This document shows, piece after piece, positions 52,301-60,858 of a stretch of DNA of 64,000 nt. The notes below the pieces were generated by a model. It had not been told where the DNA came from. It was given only the letters and a program-made list of their open reading frames with translations, and searched no databases. Origin of the DNA: Promethearchaeota archaeon (GTDB lineage Archaea > Asgardarchaeota > Lokiarchaeia > Sigyniarchaeales > SOKP01); contig JBHLMP010000010.1 in the NCBI GenBank assembly GCA_048938025.1, positions 22,728 to 86,727 on the forward strand, in the 5' to 3' direction. Numbering within the stretch: position 1 is the stretch's first letter; every line of letters starts with the position of its first letter. The position numbers and the translations under genes are program-made.

Positions 52301-53977
52301 TAAATTTAATTCTGTTTCACCATATATGGTTATAGTTTCTTCTAAAAATCCTGCTGCGGATCCATTATTCCAAAATACTTGTACCCGAAAGATTCCATAT
52401 TGAAAGACCCAATCACTTATAATCCAATCTTCAAAATAAATATCTGATATTGAAGTTAAAGTAGTATTTACTTTAGTAAAATTTAGTTTATTATCTATTA
52501 ATATTGGATTATATACACTAAGATTGACTCCTATAGTTCCTGGAACGATATTTTCTATAAATCTCGCAATAAAAGAAATCGTATCTGAATAATTTGCCTT
52601 AGTTACTTTATCTATTCCTTTATACATATCAATTGCTTGAAGTAAATTATAAGATTGAGCTGTTATATACCAGTTTATACCGTTTCCAGCATCTCTTATT
52701 TGAAGATCTCTATATTGATTAAAAATAGGACCTAAAGAGACTGATGTTTTATCTACGGAACCATCCGTCGCGGTAAAATTTTCCCATGTATTAGGTACGG
52801 TGAAATTAATTATATAGTCATTGAATCTCACATCAAAATCATTTATCGTTCCAAGAGTAGAATTCCAATTAATTGATTGACCACTTGCAGGAACATCGAA
52901 GCTAGATGTTGCTTTTAAATCAGTTTTAGTATAGTTAATTAGAGCTTTAGAAACTGAACAAGTAACATCCCACCAATCGGCAGAAATAGTATACTCTAAA
53001 TCTCCAGAAACACTACTATTTACATCTGCGGACTCCCAATAACCTGTGTTTTCAATATCATTATATTTATTTACATCTTTATTATTTATTTCTAAATTTA
53101 TCTGTTCAGGACGAGGAGTGTTATTCAATGGAGATAAATAGATTTTTAAAGACATATCGATATTTGATTCAGGAACAGGACCACTTTGCCTCCAAACAAT
53201 ACTATTATATTCAATGCCGTCTGTTCCATGATGCCAATACCCATTATTTGAAGAGAAACATGAAGCTCTAATAAAAAAAGTATTATCATAAGTTAGATCT
53301 GGATCTAAAAGAACATGCCAATTAGTAATATCATACCAATTTTGATCAGATTCGTTTAAATGAACTGTTTTATATCCTCCACTAATTGATTGGTTAAATT
53401 TAGTATAAGTACCTGTGTAATAAGAATTATAAACATCAATAAAGAAATCATCCCCGCCAAAAACTTGACTTAAATAAACTGATAAATTTTCTAAATAACC
53501 TTTTCCAATAATTTCAAAAGAAGTAAAGTACGCCTCATTTAATAATTTTGAACTCGAAGTCTCATCTTCAATTATTAAAGTTTTATTTGGAGCTATAATA
53601 TCCTCAATTTCAAATTTGGTATAACTCGAGTTAAATGAAGTATCAGTTGGGCATGGTAATGTAAATTTATTATTATTTGAATCTGAAGTATTTAAGGCTG
53701 TATTAAATGAGTCATTCAAATAAGATTGATGTAACTTAATATTTATATCCTCTCCAGAACCAGTGAACTCAGATTGATAATCAGAAGTCATAAGATTGTC
53801 CATTTGAAAATTAAAAGATTCAAATTCATCAGGATTTTCTTCTTCAAGTAAACTATTATTTTCAATAAAATTCCAATAAATCCAATTAACATTAAGAATT
53901 ATTGTACCAAGCAATAAAAGAAAAATAGAAGTTGCTTTAATCCTCTTTTTGATTTTTACCCTATTCATAGAAATCAA
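49316..53977 (-). CDS. 1553-aa membrane protein: large beta-rich ectodomain, TM, cytoplasmic longin/roadblock-like domain and helical tail
   Basis: Signal/TM at the N-terminus; many NxS/T sequons; TM 'YIIIIGAVAAVGAGSVAIY' followed by KKREKKR; 'ILVLYKGTGTCVFFKSFGSEAIDPELISGFISAVSSFGKE'. Confidence 0.85.
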   Translation of the reverse strand: MISMNRVKIKKRIKATSIFLLLLGTIILNVNWIYWNFIENNSLLEEENPDEFESFNFQMDNLMTSDYQSEFTGSGEDINIKLHQSYLNDSFNTALNTSDSNNNKFTLPCPTDTSFNSSYTKFEIEDIIAPNKTLIIEDETSSSKLLNEAYFTSFEIIGKGYLENLSVYLSQVFGGDDFFIDVYNSYYTGTYTKFNQSISGGYKTVHLNESDQNWYDITNWHVLLDPDLTYDNTFFIRASCFSSNNGYWHHGTDGIEYNSIVWRQSGPVPESNIDMSLKIYLSPLNNTPRPEQINLEINNKDVNKYNDIENTGYWESADVNSSVSGDLEYTISADWWDVTCSVSKALINYTKTDLKATSSFDVPASGQSINWNSTLGTINDFDVRFNDYIINFTVPNTWENFTATDGSVDKTSVSLGPIFNQYRDLQIRDAGNGINWYITAQSYNLLQAIDMYKGIDKVTKANYSDTISFIARFIENIVPGTIGVNLSVYNPILIDNKLNFTKVNTTLTSISDIYFEDWIISDWVFQYGIFRVQVFWNNGSAAGFLEETITIYGETELNLISPESGQEYFIDQVFNITIYYNDIGQTLPIINAIINNNGTLTFFPNGTAGYYTTELNTSDFVYGWNYIEITASKTYYNEAKTQFSFHLRMYTTISPSNTKDFGDVLRGYNVSYTFYYSDVGTNPVSGATIENVSLPLGFIYSANPVGGTPGNYTIELDTSGVLASDTPYTCIFNITAVGKQTQYITLTLRVIFTQTDIQLISYDNYLIRKDKLNQSIEFYFNDTDNNQPITGLSVDFVTVKENQTGGTQSKWLYPTGTPGQYLLNVSTAGLDSGWIQFEINISFDPNYNTSIETIEFYLRGNLTQTHIDSISDIGGDGTLTPTGYNNYLCFIERDLYLNFTITDDDFSDELVAVSGDSYEVDYIELTNTSNEGSLTETLFYDLNTKSFKGYMSTSGLTSIGTYTINVTVSLNNYEKSILSFNITLKAKYIVNISVVYEPLKVKAGEEFTIVLKAMYNNGTDWLLLVGENMVVTPYFNGVPGTPTSPVPTNDTGEAEFEITVIGAAKNMNLSAQIQPAYNHIGDTLLISDIEVTPLSGGPTFEDFMPYIIIIGAVAAVGAGSVAIYRGLVVPKKREKKRVLTEVRTIFDDAINLEHILVLYKGTGTCVFFKSFGSEAIDPELISGFISAVSSFGKEMVAQKALNEITYGDKMLLLADGEYIRVALVLSKNASMILRKHLTEFIVAFEKTYESELPSWRGQLNVFRNAGLIIDEIFNTSIILPHKITYEFSDAKTLKTPHSKDVLKIAHSCCEEAERDFFFIATLLKEATERTKKDTAEIFSGIKELRDKKILMSIEISTIEARPISQQELNLISQKVAGLVRLSPEEKQKLVNDLAQMGPAEREAYFVSIAERHEIVSAPMKVGAVKIDNLKSAKKEIKNLKKNAALARKENDYDKVSTIYHNALMIATNWEIQREFEELEDLIRKTKIVDFKIKLKNLEKEAKLAAKKENYNEAAQKFRMASRIASEIFKLGVTEMTKEVKRLSNKSKEYEKLI

Positions 53978-54252
53978 ATAGTTATTATTTATTTTTAATT
54001 GATAAAATCGAATTTCCTAATTTGATAATTAATTTTTATCGTATTAAATTAATTATTTTTTTTTGAATATTAATTTTGTAATTAATCAATTCATAATAAT
54101 TTCTGAATTTATACTTTTTCAAAATAGCTACTATTCTTTCAAATTCATTTGTAAAAATAGAAATATAACTCTTTTAAAAATTTATAAAAAATGAAAATTA
54201 GAAACTAAATGAGGTAATTTCAATAAAGGAATTTAAATATAAAATTGTAATT

Positions 54253-54939
54253 TTATTTTTTCTTTAAAATAATCCTGGCATCTACACAAATTAGACCCTT
54301 TTCATAGATAAACACAGGATTCAAATCCATTTCGTTAATCTCTTCGTGTTTAATAACTAAATCTGAAATTTTTAATAAAGCATTAACTATAGCATCTATA
54401 TCTGCTTTGGGTTTTCCACGGTATCCATCTAGGATGGGAAAGCCCTTAATTTCATGTATCATTTCTTTTGCATCATATTCTGTAATCGGTGCGATTCTAA
54501 AACTGACATCTTCTAATAGTTCTACAAGTATACCTCCAATACCGAACATTAAAGCAGGACCAAATTGGGCATCAGTTGTCATTCCAATAATCAGTTCGGT
54601 TATTGGTTCGTCTGCCATTTTTTGAACTGAGATTTTTTTCTCTTTCTGAGATGGGATATTCATTAAATCTTTGTAAGCTGTTTCTAATTCATGTTTATCT
54701 TTGATGTTTAACTTTACAGCTCCAGTATCAGATTTATGCACTATATCTTCAGCGATAAGTTTTAAAACCACAGGGAAACCAATTTCTTCAGCAGCAGATT
54801 TAGTCTCATCTATCGAAGTAGTTAGTTTTTGGGAAGGAACTAATATACCAATTTCTTGTAATAATTCCTTAGATTCAAATTCAGTTAGAACCGTCTGATT
54901 AGATTCAATTTTATTTTTTAAAACTTCAGAAATATTCAT
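54253..54939 (-). CDS. acdB: ADP-forming acetate--CoA ligase beta subunit (ATP-grasp)
   Basis: 'LTEFESKELL', 'GFPVVLK', 'HKSDTGAV', 'FGPALMFGIGGILVE', 'DLNPV', 'VDARI'. Confidence 0.88.
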   Translation of the reverse strand: MNISEVLKNKIESNQTVLTEFESKELLQEIGILVPSQKLTTSIDETKSAAEEIGFPVVLKLIAEDIVHKSDTGAVKLNIKDKHELETAYKDLMNIPSQKEKKISVQKMADEPITELIIGMTTDAQFGPALMFGIGGILVELLEDVSFRIAPITEYDAKEMIHEIKGFPILDGYRGKPKADIDAIVNALLKISDLVIKHEEINEMDLNPVFIYEKGLICVDARIILKKK

Positions 54940-55014
54940 TGTAATATTCTCTTTAAAATTTAGAACTTAAAACTTATAATGATTTAATAAAATTATAATA
55001 AAGATTTAAAATTA

Positions 55015-56187
55015 ATGAATACACTATTAAGACAGAAATCAAAATTAAAAATGAAAACACTTTTCCTTGTAACGGTAGATATGACAGGTGAAAAAGAAAG
55101 AAATGTTTCGATTTTGTTGAAAAATCTTATAGATTCTCATCAGGATTTAGAAATAGCTTTTCTTTATTCGAGAGAAGGACTCTTGATTTCTAAATATGGA
55201 AGGTTGGAGGATCGAGGAGAATTTGAGACAGAAAGTGAATTAGAAGTGATCTATGGAGCAATTACTACCATAGCAGAGAATTTATTAAGCAGAATTAGTA
55301 ATGAATATAAGATAGGACATTTTGGTAGTGGATCTTTTGAAACTCCTGACCATAGGATTGTTTTTCTTGAAGCTGGTTCTGAAGCAATATTAATACTCTT
55401 TTCTAATTATGAAGTAAACTTAAATAAGCTTTTTCCAGTTGCTTATCTTGTAGCTGAAAAAATAGCACAATTATTAGAAGAAAGTTTTGATTTCAAATAT
55501 AATTCTTTAGATATTCCCGATTTAAATGTTTATGATGATTTTTCTCTTAAATTGGATCAATTTCGTTCTGTAGATGAAAAGCAGCCTGTTATTGAAAATG
55601 TTTCAATGAAATATCATATAAAGAAATCTGAAAAAGTAAAAAATGCTTTTAAATTGATAATATTAGGTTCAGCTGCAGTTGGAAAAACAACACTCGTAAG
55701 AAGTTTTTTGAAAAAAGAACAAACCCAAGATTACCGAGCGACGATTGGAATTGCGATTAGCTCAAAAACGTTTTATATTCAAGGTTTTAAGGATGACAAA
55801 ATCAACTTTCTTATCTATGATTTAGCTGGTCAAGAATTCTTCAAACGTATACGACATGAATATTATAAAGGAGCAAACTGTGCTTTTGTTGCTTATGATA
55901 TTACACGAAGAGAAACTTTTGACGAAGGAATTGATTATTGGTTTAAAGATGCTAGAAAAGAATTAGGAAATATACCATTCGTTTTAATAGGTAATAAAGT
56001 TGACTTAGAAAGCCAAAGACAAGTATCAAAAGAAGAAGGACTGAAAAAAGCGGCAGAATTGAAAAGCTTTTTTATCGAGACTTCAGCATTATATAATATT
56101 AATGTTCAAGATACCTTCAAATTAATCGGAATTGGTTTATTTTTCAAATCTGAAGATGAATTAACAAGTACTGATGAAATTTTTTAA
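55015..56187 (+). CDS. Roadblock/LC7-like domain fused to Rab-like small GTPase (start may be 55081)
   Basis: G1 GSAAVGKTT, G2 ATIG, G3 DLAGQE, 'YYKGA', 'YDIT', G4 NKVD, G5 ETSAL; N-terminal roadblock pattern 'LYSREGLLIS...AEKIAQLL'. Confidence 0.88.
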   Translation: MNTLLRQKSKLKMKTLFLVTVDMTGEKERNVSILLKNLIDSHQDLEIAFLYSREGLLISKYGRLEDRGEFETESELEVIYGAITTIAENLLSRISNEYKIGHFGSGSFETPDHRIVFLEAGSEAILILFSNYEVNLNKLFPVAYLVAEKIAQLLEESFDFKYNSLDIPDLNVYDDFSLKLDQFRSVDEKQPVIENVSMKYHIKKSEKVKNAFKLIILGSAAVGKTTLVRSFLKKEQTQDYRATIGIAISSKTFYIQGFKDDKINFLIYDLAGQEFFKRIRHEYYKGANCAFVAYDITRRETFDEGIDYWFKDARKELGNIPFVLIGNKVDLESQRQVSKEEGLKKAAELKSFFIETSALYNINVQDTFKLIGIGLFFKSEDELTSTDEIF

Positions 56188-56228
56188 TAATAATTATGAA
56201 AAAATAGATAAAATAATAAGAAATTAAT

Positions 56229-59063
56229 TTATTTCCGTATCTTCAATCCTCTTTTCCTTCTAAGATTCCACTTTCTTACTTCATCCATAACAGATACACT
56301 AAAAGCTCCAAGGAGTACTGCAATCCAATAATAGGGATGAAATATTGGAACAACATGAAATGCTAATCCTATTGGTGAAAATAGAATTAATAATTGTAGC
56401 CCTAGAGATAGACCTGTAGCCCAAAATAGATGTTTATTTGGAAAGAGATAAAATGGCTTTATATTAGAAGTACAGGTATAAACAAACAATAATTCACAGA
56501 GAACTAAATTCGTAAACACAATAGTTTGTGCTAATGATATTGCATATAAATTCGCATCAGTACCTGCAGTTACAAAATCAGTTGTTAATTTGGGATCAAT
56601 TCCAGCTTCCGCCCATGCTGGGATTAATACAGACCATAGAAGTACATAGAGTGTTATATCAGTTATCGAAGTATATATTCCAAGGAGTAAAACAGGTCCC
56701 TTTATTTCTGAAATTAAAGTAAATCCTTTTCGCGGTTTATCTTTCATTACATCAGGATCTGTTGGTGTAAGTCCTAAAACCATAGCTGGAATTCCATCTG
56801 TGGCTATATTGAGCCAGAGAATCTGAATCGGAACAACTGGAATTGCGAGATACACATTTGAGATAAGTTTCATAACGATATATGCCGTAAGAATTAAAAA
56901 TATTTCATCAAAATTAGTACTTAGCATGTATCTGAAGAAGCCTTTAGTAGTTTCGAAGATTCCTCTACCTTCCTCTATAGCATTAACGATTGTGGCATAA
57001 TTATCATCGATTAGTATCATTTCAGAAGCCTCTTGAGTAACCTCAGTTCCTTTGAGCCCCATCGCCACACCTACATGCGCTCCCTTTACAGCTGGTGCAT
57101 CATTCACGCCATCTCCAGTCATTGAGACAACTAAATCTAAATCTTTTAATCTCCTTAAAATTCTTAATTTATGTGTAGATGTTACTCTGGCAAATATGTC
57201 TACTGTTTTGACTTTCTCTTGGAGTTCATCGTCATTCATTTCTTCTAAGTCTGCTCCTGTTATTGCTTCATCTGATTCAGTTAAACCAATTTCATGGGCA
57301 ATTGCTATAGCTGTAATTTTATGATCTCCTGTAATCATTATCGTCCGAATTCCTGCCATTCTCGCCTCTTCAATAGCATCTTTAACCTCGTCTCTTGCTG
57401 GGTCAATTATGCCAGTTAAACCAAGATATATATAGTCTTTCTCTATATCTTCTTCCTTGTATCCTTCATTTAGTTCTTTATAAGCAACACCTAATACTCT
57501 CAAGGCATTTTTTGCATATTCTTCATTTTTTTCAAGAATCCTATCTTTTACATTGTCAATAGGTTCTACTTGATGATCATAAACTGCATGACTGGCATTA
57601 TGTAATAAAATATCTGGAGCTCCCTTAATTAATGAATATAATTTATTATCAATTTTTACGACTACTGACATCATTTTCCTGTCGGAACTAAATGGTATCT
57701 CATCAATTTTCTCTGATTTAGTGTCTAACTCCATTTTCATAGCTAAAACTTTCATTGAAATTTCAGTTGGATCTCCTACTACATCAGTATCATTTGTACC
57801 ATCATTTCGAGGTGAAACATTTGAATTATTACAAAACATACATACTTCTAAATATTTTCTTAAATTATCGTCAATTTGAACCTGTTTACCTTTTTCATCG
57901 ATGATTTTACCTTCAAGAGCATAACCTACCCCCTCTACGGCAAATTCTTGCCCCCCTAAAAAAATCTTTACTACTGTCATTTCATTCTTTGTTAAAGTTC
58001 CTGTTTTATCAGAACATATAACATTTACACGTCCAAGTGTCTCTACAGCAGTTAATTTCCTTACTAAGGCATTTCTATCTGCCATTTTTCTCATTCCAAT
58101 ACTCATAACTACTGTAATTACAACAATAAGTCCTTCTGGAACTGCTGAAACTGCTAGACTTATTGATATTTCAAACGCTTGAATAAGCTGCTCCACATCA
58201 AATTCTGTAATTAATAAGATAAAAAATTCAACAAGAAATACAGCACCACAAATTATCAATATGATCATTCCTAAAAGCTTTCCAAACCTATTTACCTCTT
58301 TTTGAAAGGGTGAAAGTTCTATCTCTTCTTCCTGTAGACTTTCAGCAATTTTTCCTATTTCAGTAGTCATCCCTGTGCCAATCACAATTCCTTCTCCATT
58401 TCCTCTAGTAATTATTGTATTCATATATCCAAGATTAGTTCTATCGGCTAAGATCATTTTTTCTTCGACAGGTTTTATATGCTTCTTAACTGGTTTGGAT
58501 TCTCCTGTTAGAATCGCCTCATCAACATAAAGCGAAAACTCTTTATAAATTCTTAGATCTGCTGGAAATTTATCTCCTTCTTCAAATAACGCAATATCTC
58601 CAGGAACAACATCTTCAACACCAATTTCTAAAACTTTTCCTTCTCTCCTAATTTTAGCAAAGTGAGGTGCTAATTTCTTTAAGCTTTCAAGAGCTCGTTC
58701 CGCTTGATATTCTTGATAAAATCCTAAAATTGCATTAACAATTAATATTGCTGCGATAACTATTGCATCAGTATATTCCGTAGACCACGGTTCAGCTCCA
58801 GTTTTAGACGCTTCCCATACCCCAATGATAATAGAAATAACAATAGCAAACATTAGAAGATATATTAGAAAATCTTTAAATTGTCCTATAAATATCTGCA
58901 AAGCGGTTTTTCCTTTTTCTTTTATTAATTCATTTTTACCATATACATCAACCCTTTTTTGAGCTTCTGATTCAGTTAAACCATTTTCTATCGAAGTATT
59001 CAGTAGTTTTTCTACATTTTCAAATGACACTGAATGTGCATGAATATCTTTTATATCAATCAT
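56229..59063 (-). CDS. P-type ATPase, type IIA (Ca2+-transporting-like)
   Basis: 'TGES', 'VPEGL', 'DKTGTLT', 'KGAPD', 'MITGD', 'TGDGVNDAPA', 'QILWLNIATDG'. Confidence 0.93.
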   Translation of the reverse strand: MIDIKDIHAHSVSFENVEKLLNTSIENGLTESEAQKRVDVYGKNELIKEKGKTALQIFIGQFKDFLIYLLMFAIVISIIIGVWEASKTGAEPWSTEYTDAIVIAAILIVNAILGFYQEYQAERALESLKKLAPHFAKIRREGKVLEIGVEDVVPGDIALFEEGDKFPADLRIYKEFSLYVDEAILTGESKPVKKHIKPVEEKMILADRTNLGYMNTIITRGNGEGIVIGTGMTTEIGKIAESLQEEEIELSPFQKEVNRFGKLLGMIILIICGAVFLVEFFILLITEFDVEQLIQAFEISISLAVSAVPEGLIVVITVVMSIGMRKMADRNALVRKLTAVETLGRVNVICSDKTGTLTKNEMTVVKIFLGGQEFAVEGVGYALEGKIIDEKGKQVQIDDNLRKYLEVCMFCNNSNVSPRNDGTNDTDVVGDPTEISMKVLAMKMELDTKSEKIDEIPFSSDRKMMSVVVKIDNKLYSLIKGAPDILLHNASHAVYDHQVEPIDNVKDRILEKNEEYAKNALRVLGVAYKELNEGYKEEDIEKDYIYLGLTGIIDPARDEVKDAIEEARMAGIRTIMITGDHKITAIAIAHEIGLTESDEAITGADLEEMNDDELQEKVKTVDIFARVTSTHKLRILRRLKDLDLVVSMTGDGVNDAPAVKGAHVGVAMGLKGTEVTQEASEMILIDDNYATIVNAIEEGRGIFETTKGFFRYMLSTNFDEIFLILTAYIVMKLISNVYLAIPVVPIQILWLNIATDGIPAMVLGLTPTDPDVMKDKPRKGFTLISEIKGPVLLLGIYTSITDITLYVLLWSVLIPAWAEAGIDPKLTTDFVTAGTDANLYAISLAQTIVFTNLVLCELLFVYTCTSNIKPFYLFPNKHLFWATGLSLGLQLLILFSPIGLAFHVVPIFHPYYWIAVLLGAFSVSVMDEVRKWNLRRKRGLKIRK

Positions 59064-59200
59064 ATTAGCTTCAATTCTTTTTTAGATTTTAATAAAAAAT
59101 TATATTAATAAGTTATAATCTTAATAACTGAATTATTAAATTTAAATTCATTTATACTCATTAGTAAATTAGAATCATAAAAAAATAAATTTGGTGATTT

Positions 59201-59569
59201 CTGTTTAAGATTATTTTTTCAAACTCAGCATTGGATTATATTTATGAACAACAAAAAAAATATCACTATAACAGTGATTTAGAAAAGCTTGTTGTAGCAA
59301 TCTTTTTCTATTCATCCTCAACTTGAACCCTAGCTTTTTGTGGTAATGTTCTTGAATTAATTGAAAAACAAAAAGTTATTGAAGATGGAGATTTCATTGA
59401 ATGGACCGATTTGGATAAAAATCTTAATATTAATGTTTTCATTGAACAAAATTTGCTCCCAGAATTAGAATTAAAAGATCAAATACTCATTGATGTTGCA
59501 ATTGGGGAAATAAAAGGAGTAAAAATAGGTATGTTGTTTATAAAAAAATCTCAGGATGTTTATTGTTAA
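59201..59569 (+). CDS. Candidate selenoprotein, 122 aa, in-frame TGA at 59324-59326 (codon 42); weak resemblance to HesB/IscA-like small proteins; absent from ORF track
   Basis: Single frame (M)FKIIFSNSALDYIYEQQKKYHYNSDLEKLVVAIFFYSSST-U-TLAFCGNVLELIEKQKVIEDGDFIEWTDLDKNLNINVFIEQNLLPELELKDQILIDVAIGEIKGVKIGMLFIKKSQDVYC*. GGTGA SD at 59193. SECIS-like hairpin right after the stop. Start (CTG 59201, or TTG 59231) uncertain. Confidence 0.78.
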
Positions 59570-59615
59570 ATAAATGAACTAATCTTAAAAATTCTAGAAG
59601 ATTGGTGATTAACGG
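59563..59615 (+). promoter_or_regulatory. Eukaryote-type SECIS-like element
   Basis: AUGAA (59574-59578); stem CUAAUCUU (59579-86) pairing with AAGAUUGG (59598-605); A-rich apical loop starting AAAAA; 3' core UGAU (59606-09); lower helix UUGUUA (59563-68) with UAACGG (59610-15). Confidence 0.78.
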
Positions 59616-59760
59616 TTGTGTCCGTTTATTTTCAAAATAATGCAAATTCTTAAAAAAATAAAATATAAATTTTATAAGCATGATTATTGTTATAAGATAA
59701 AATTTAATTTTATCAATAAAATTTAGTTTTTTAAATAAACATACAACTATATTGATTATT

Positions 59761-60342
59761 ATGAGACCATCACGAGTTTTTAGATGGATTGTAAGAATAT
59801 TTATAATTGTTTTAACAGTATCAGTTACTGCTGTTTCCTTTTTAGGTGGAATGTCTGCTATTTTGATACTTTCTAATCCAGATAATATTGAAGTTGATAC
59901 TGATAATGCGGATTTTAATATAGATTATAATGAGATATCTGGAGTGGTAAATAATATCAATTTCACTTTACCATTTAATATAACCAACGTAGGCTTTTTT
60001 GATTTAGAAGATCTTAAATTAGGACTTAAAATAGATCTTGAATATGCTCATATTAATTTAACTGGAACAGGTGAAAATATATCTCAAACAGTAAAAATAT
60101 TTGATAAGCTATCTTCTTATCCTACAATTAAAAAAGGTAAGACATTATATGGTAATTTCACAGGAATATATTCTGATTTTGCTCCTTATTTAGGAAATCT
60201 ACCAGATATTGCTGATATAGATCTTACAAGAGTCCCCATATTTAATTTCTATGCTAATTTTACAATCAGTCTAACATATTCTTTGGGACTACATTCTATT
60301 ACTCTTGGAATAAATAACATCACATTACCGGAATATCCTTAG
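59761..60342 (+). CDS. Hypothetical protein, N-terminal TM plus beta-rich (LEA-2-like?) domain
   Basis: One TM, then 'LPFNITNVGFFDLEDL' beta pattern with several NxS/T sequons; ATG at 59761. Confidence 0.7.
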   Translation: MRPSRVFRWIVRIFIIVLTVSVTAVSFLGGMSAILILSNPDNIEVDTDNADFNIDYNEISGVVNNINFTLPFNITNVGFFDLEDLKLGLKIDLEYAHINLTGTGENISQTVKIFDKLSSYPTIKKGKTLYGNFTGIYSDFAPYLGNLPDIADIDLTRVPIFNFYANFTISLTYSLGLHSITLGINNITLPEYP

Positions 60343-60354
60343 GAGGTTCAAGAA

Positions 60355-60843
60355 ATGGGTCCAACTATAAACATAGTAAAAGGTACTATTTTTGCTGTTA
60401 TATATGTATGTTTTACAATCATAATTCCAGTATTAACCTTTTCTTTAATAAGAGAATATGTTGTTGAGGGTTTACCATTAGATTTTACACAGGAAGATTT
60501 AAACAATATTATCTTTTGGGTTACTGCATTAGGATTAATCATAAGTGGATGTGCTTTCTTCACACATTCTTCACCTAAACAATCAATAAGAAGAGGTACT
60601 TTTGCTTTGATCCAAGTATTAGTTAATTGTCTATACTTATGGAGCTATAAATTCTCAGGAGCAACTGAAATAATATTTAATTTAGATATGGGTGATAATT
60701 CAGGATTTCTGAGCTTGAATTTACAACAGATGGTTTTAGTTTATTTGGGAATTTATTTTTTAACTATAGTTCTAAAAATATATGATGTTATTGATTTTAC
60801 AATTAATAGAGAAAAAATTAGAAGCGATAGAATGAAAGAATAA
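60355..60843 (+). CDS. Hypothetical 4-TM membrane protein
   Basis: AGGAGG SD, four hydrophobic segments, 12 bp after the previous gene. Confidence 0.75.
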   Translation: MGPTINIVKGTIFAVIYVCFTIIIPVLTFSLIREYVVEGLPLDFTQEDLNNIIFWVTALGLIISGCAFFTHSSPKQSIRRGTFALIQVLVNCLYLWSYKFSGATEIIFNLDMGDNSGFLSLNLQQMVLVYLGIYFLTIVLKIYDVIDFTINREKIRSDRMKE

Positions 60844-60858
60844 AGAGGTAGAGAAAAA

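Noticed and set aside
53978-54252. Other AT-rich intergenic gaps (also 3182-3445, 40932-41212, 47030-47297) inspected for RNA genes or further TGA/SECIS pairs
   Set aside because: By eye I found no tRNA-like structure, convincing reading frame or SECIS core. A computational scan could still find weak signals.
59324-59326. Reading the TGA-interrupted frame as a simple pseudogene
   Set aside because: There is only one lesion, it is specifically TGA in a loop near a Cys, there are no frameshifts, and a SECIS-like hairpin follows directly. Disfavoured but not excluded without homologs.
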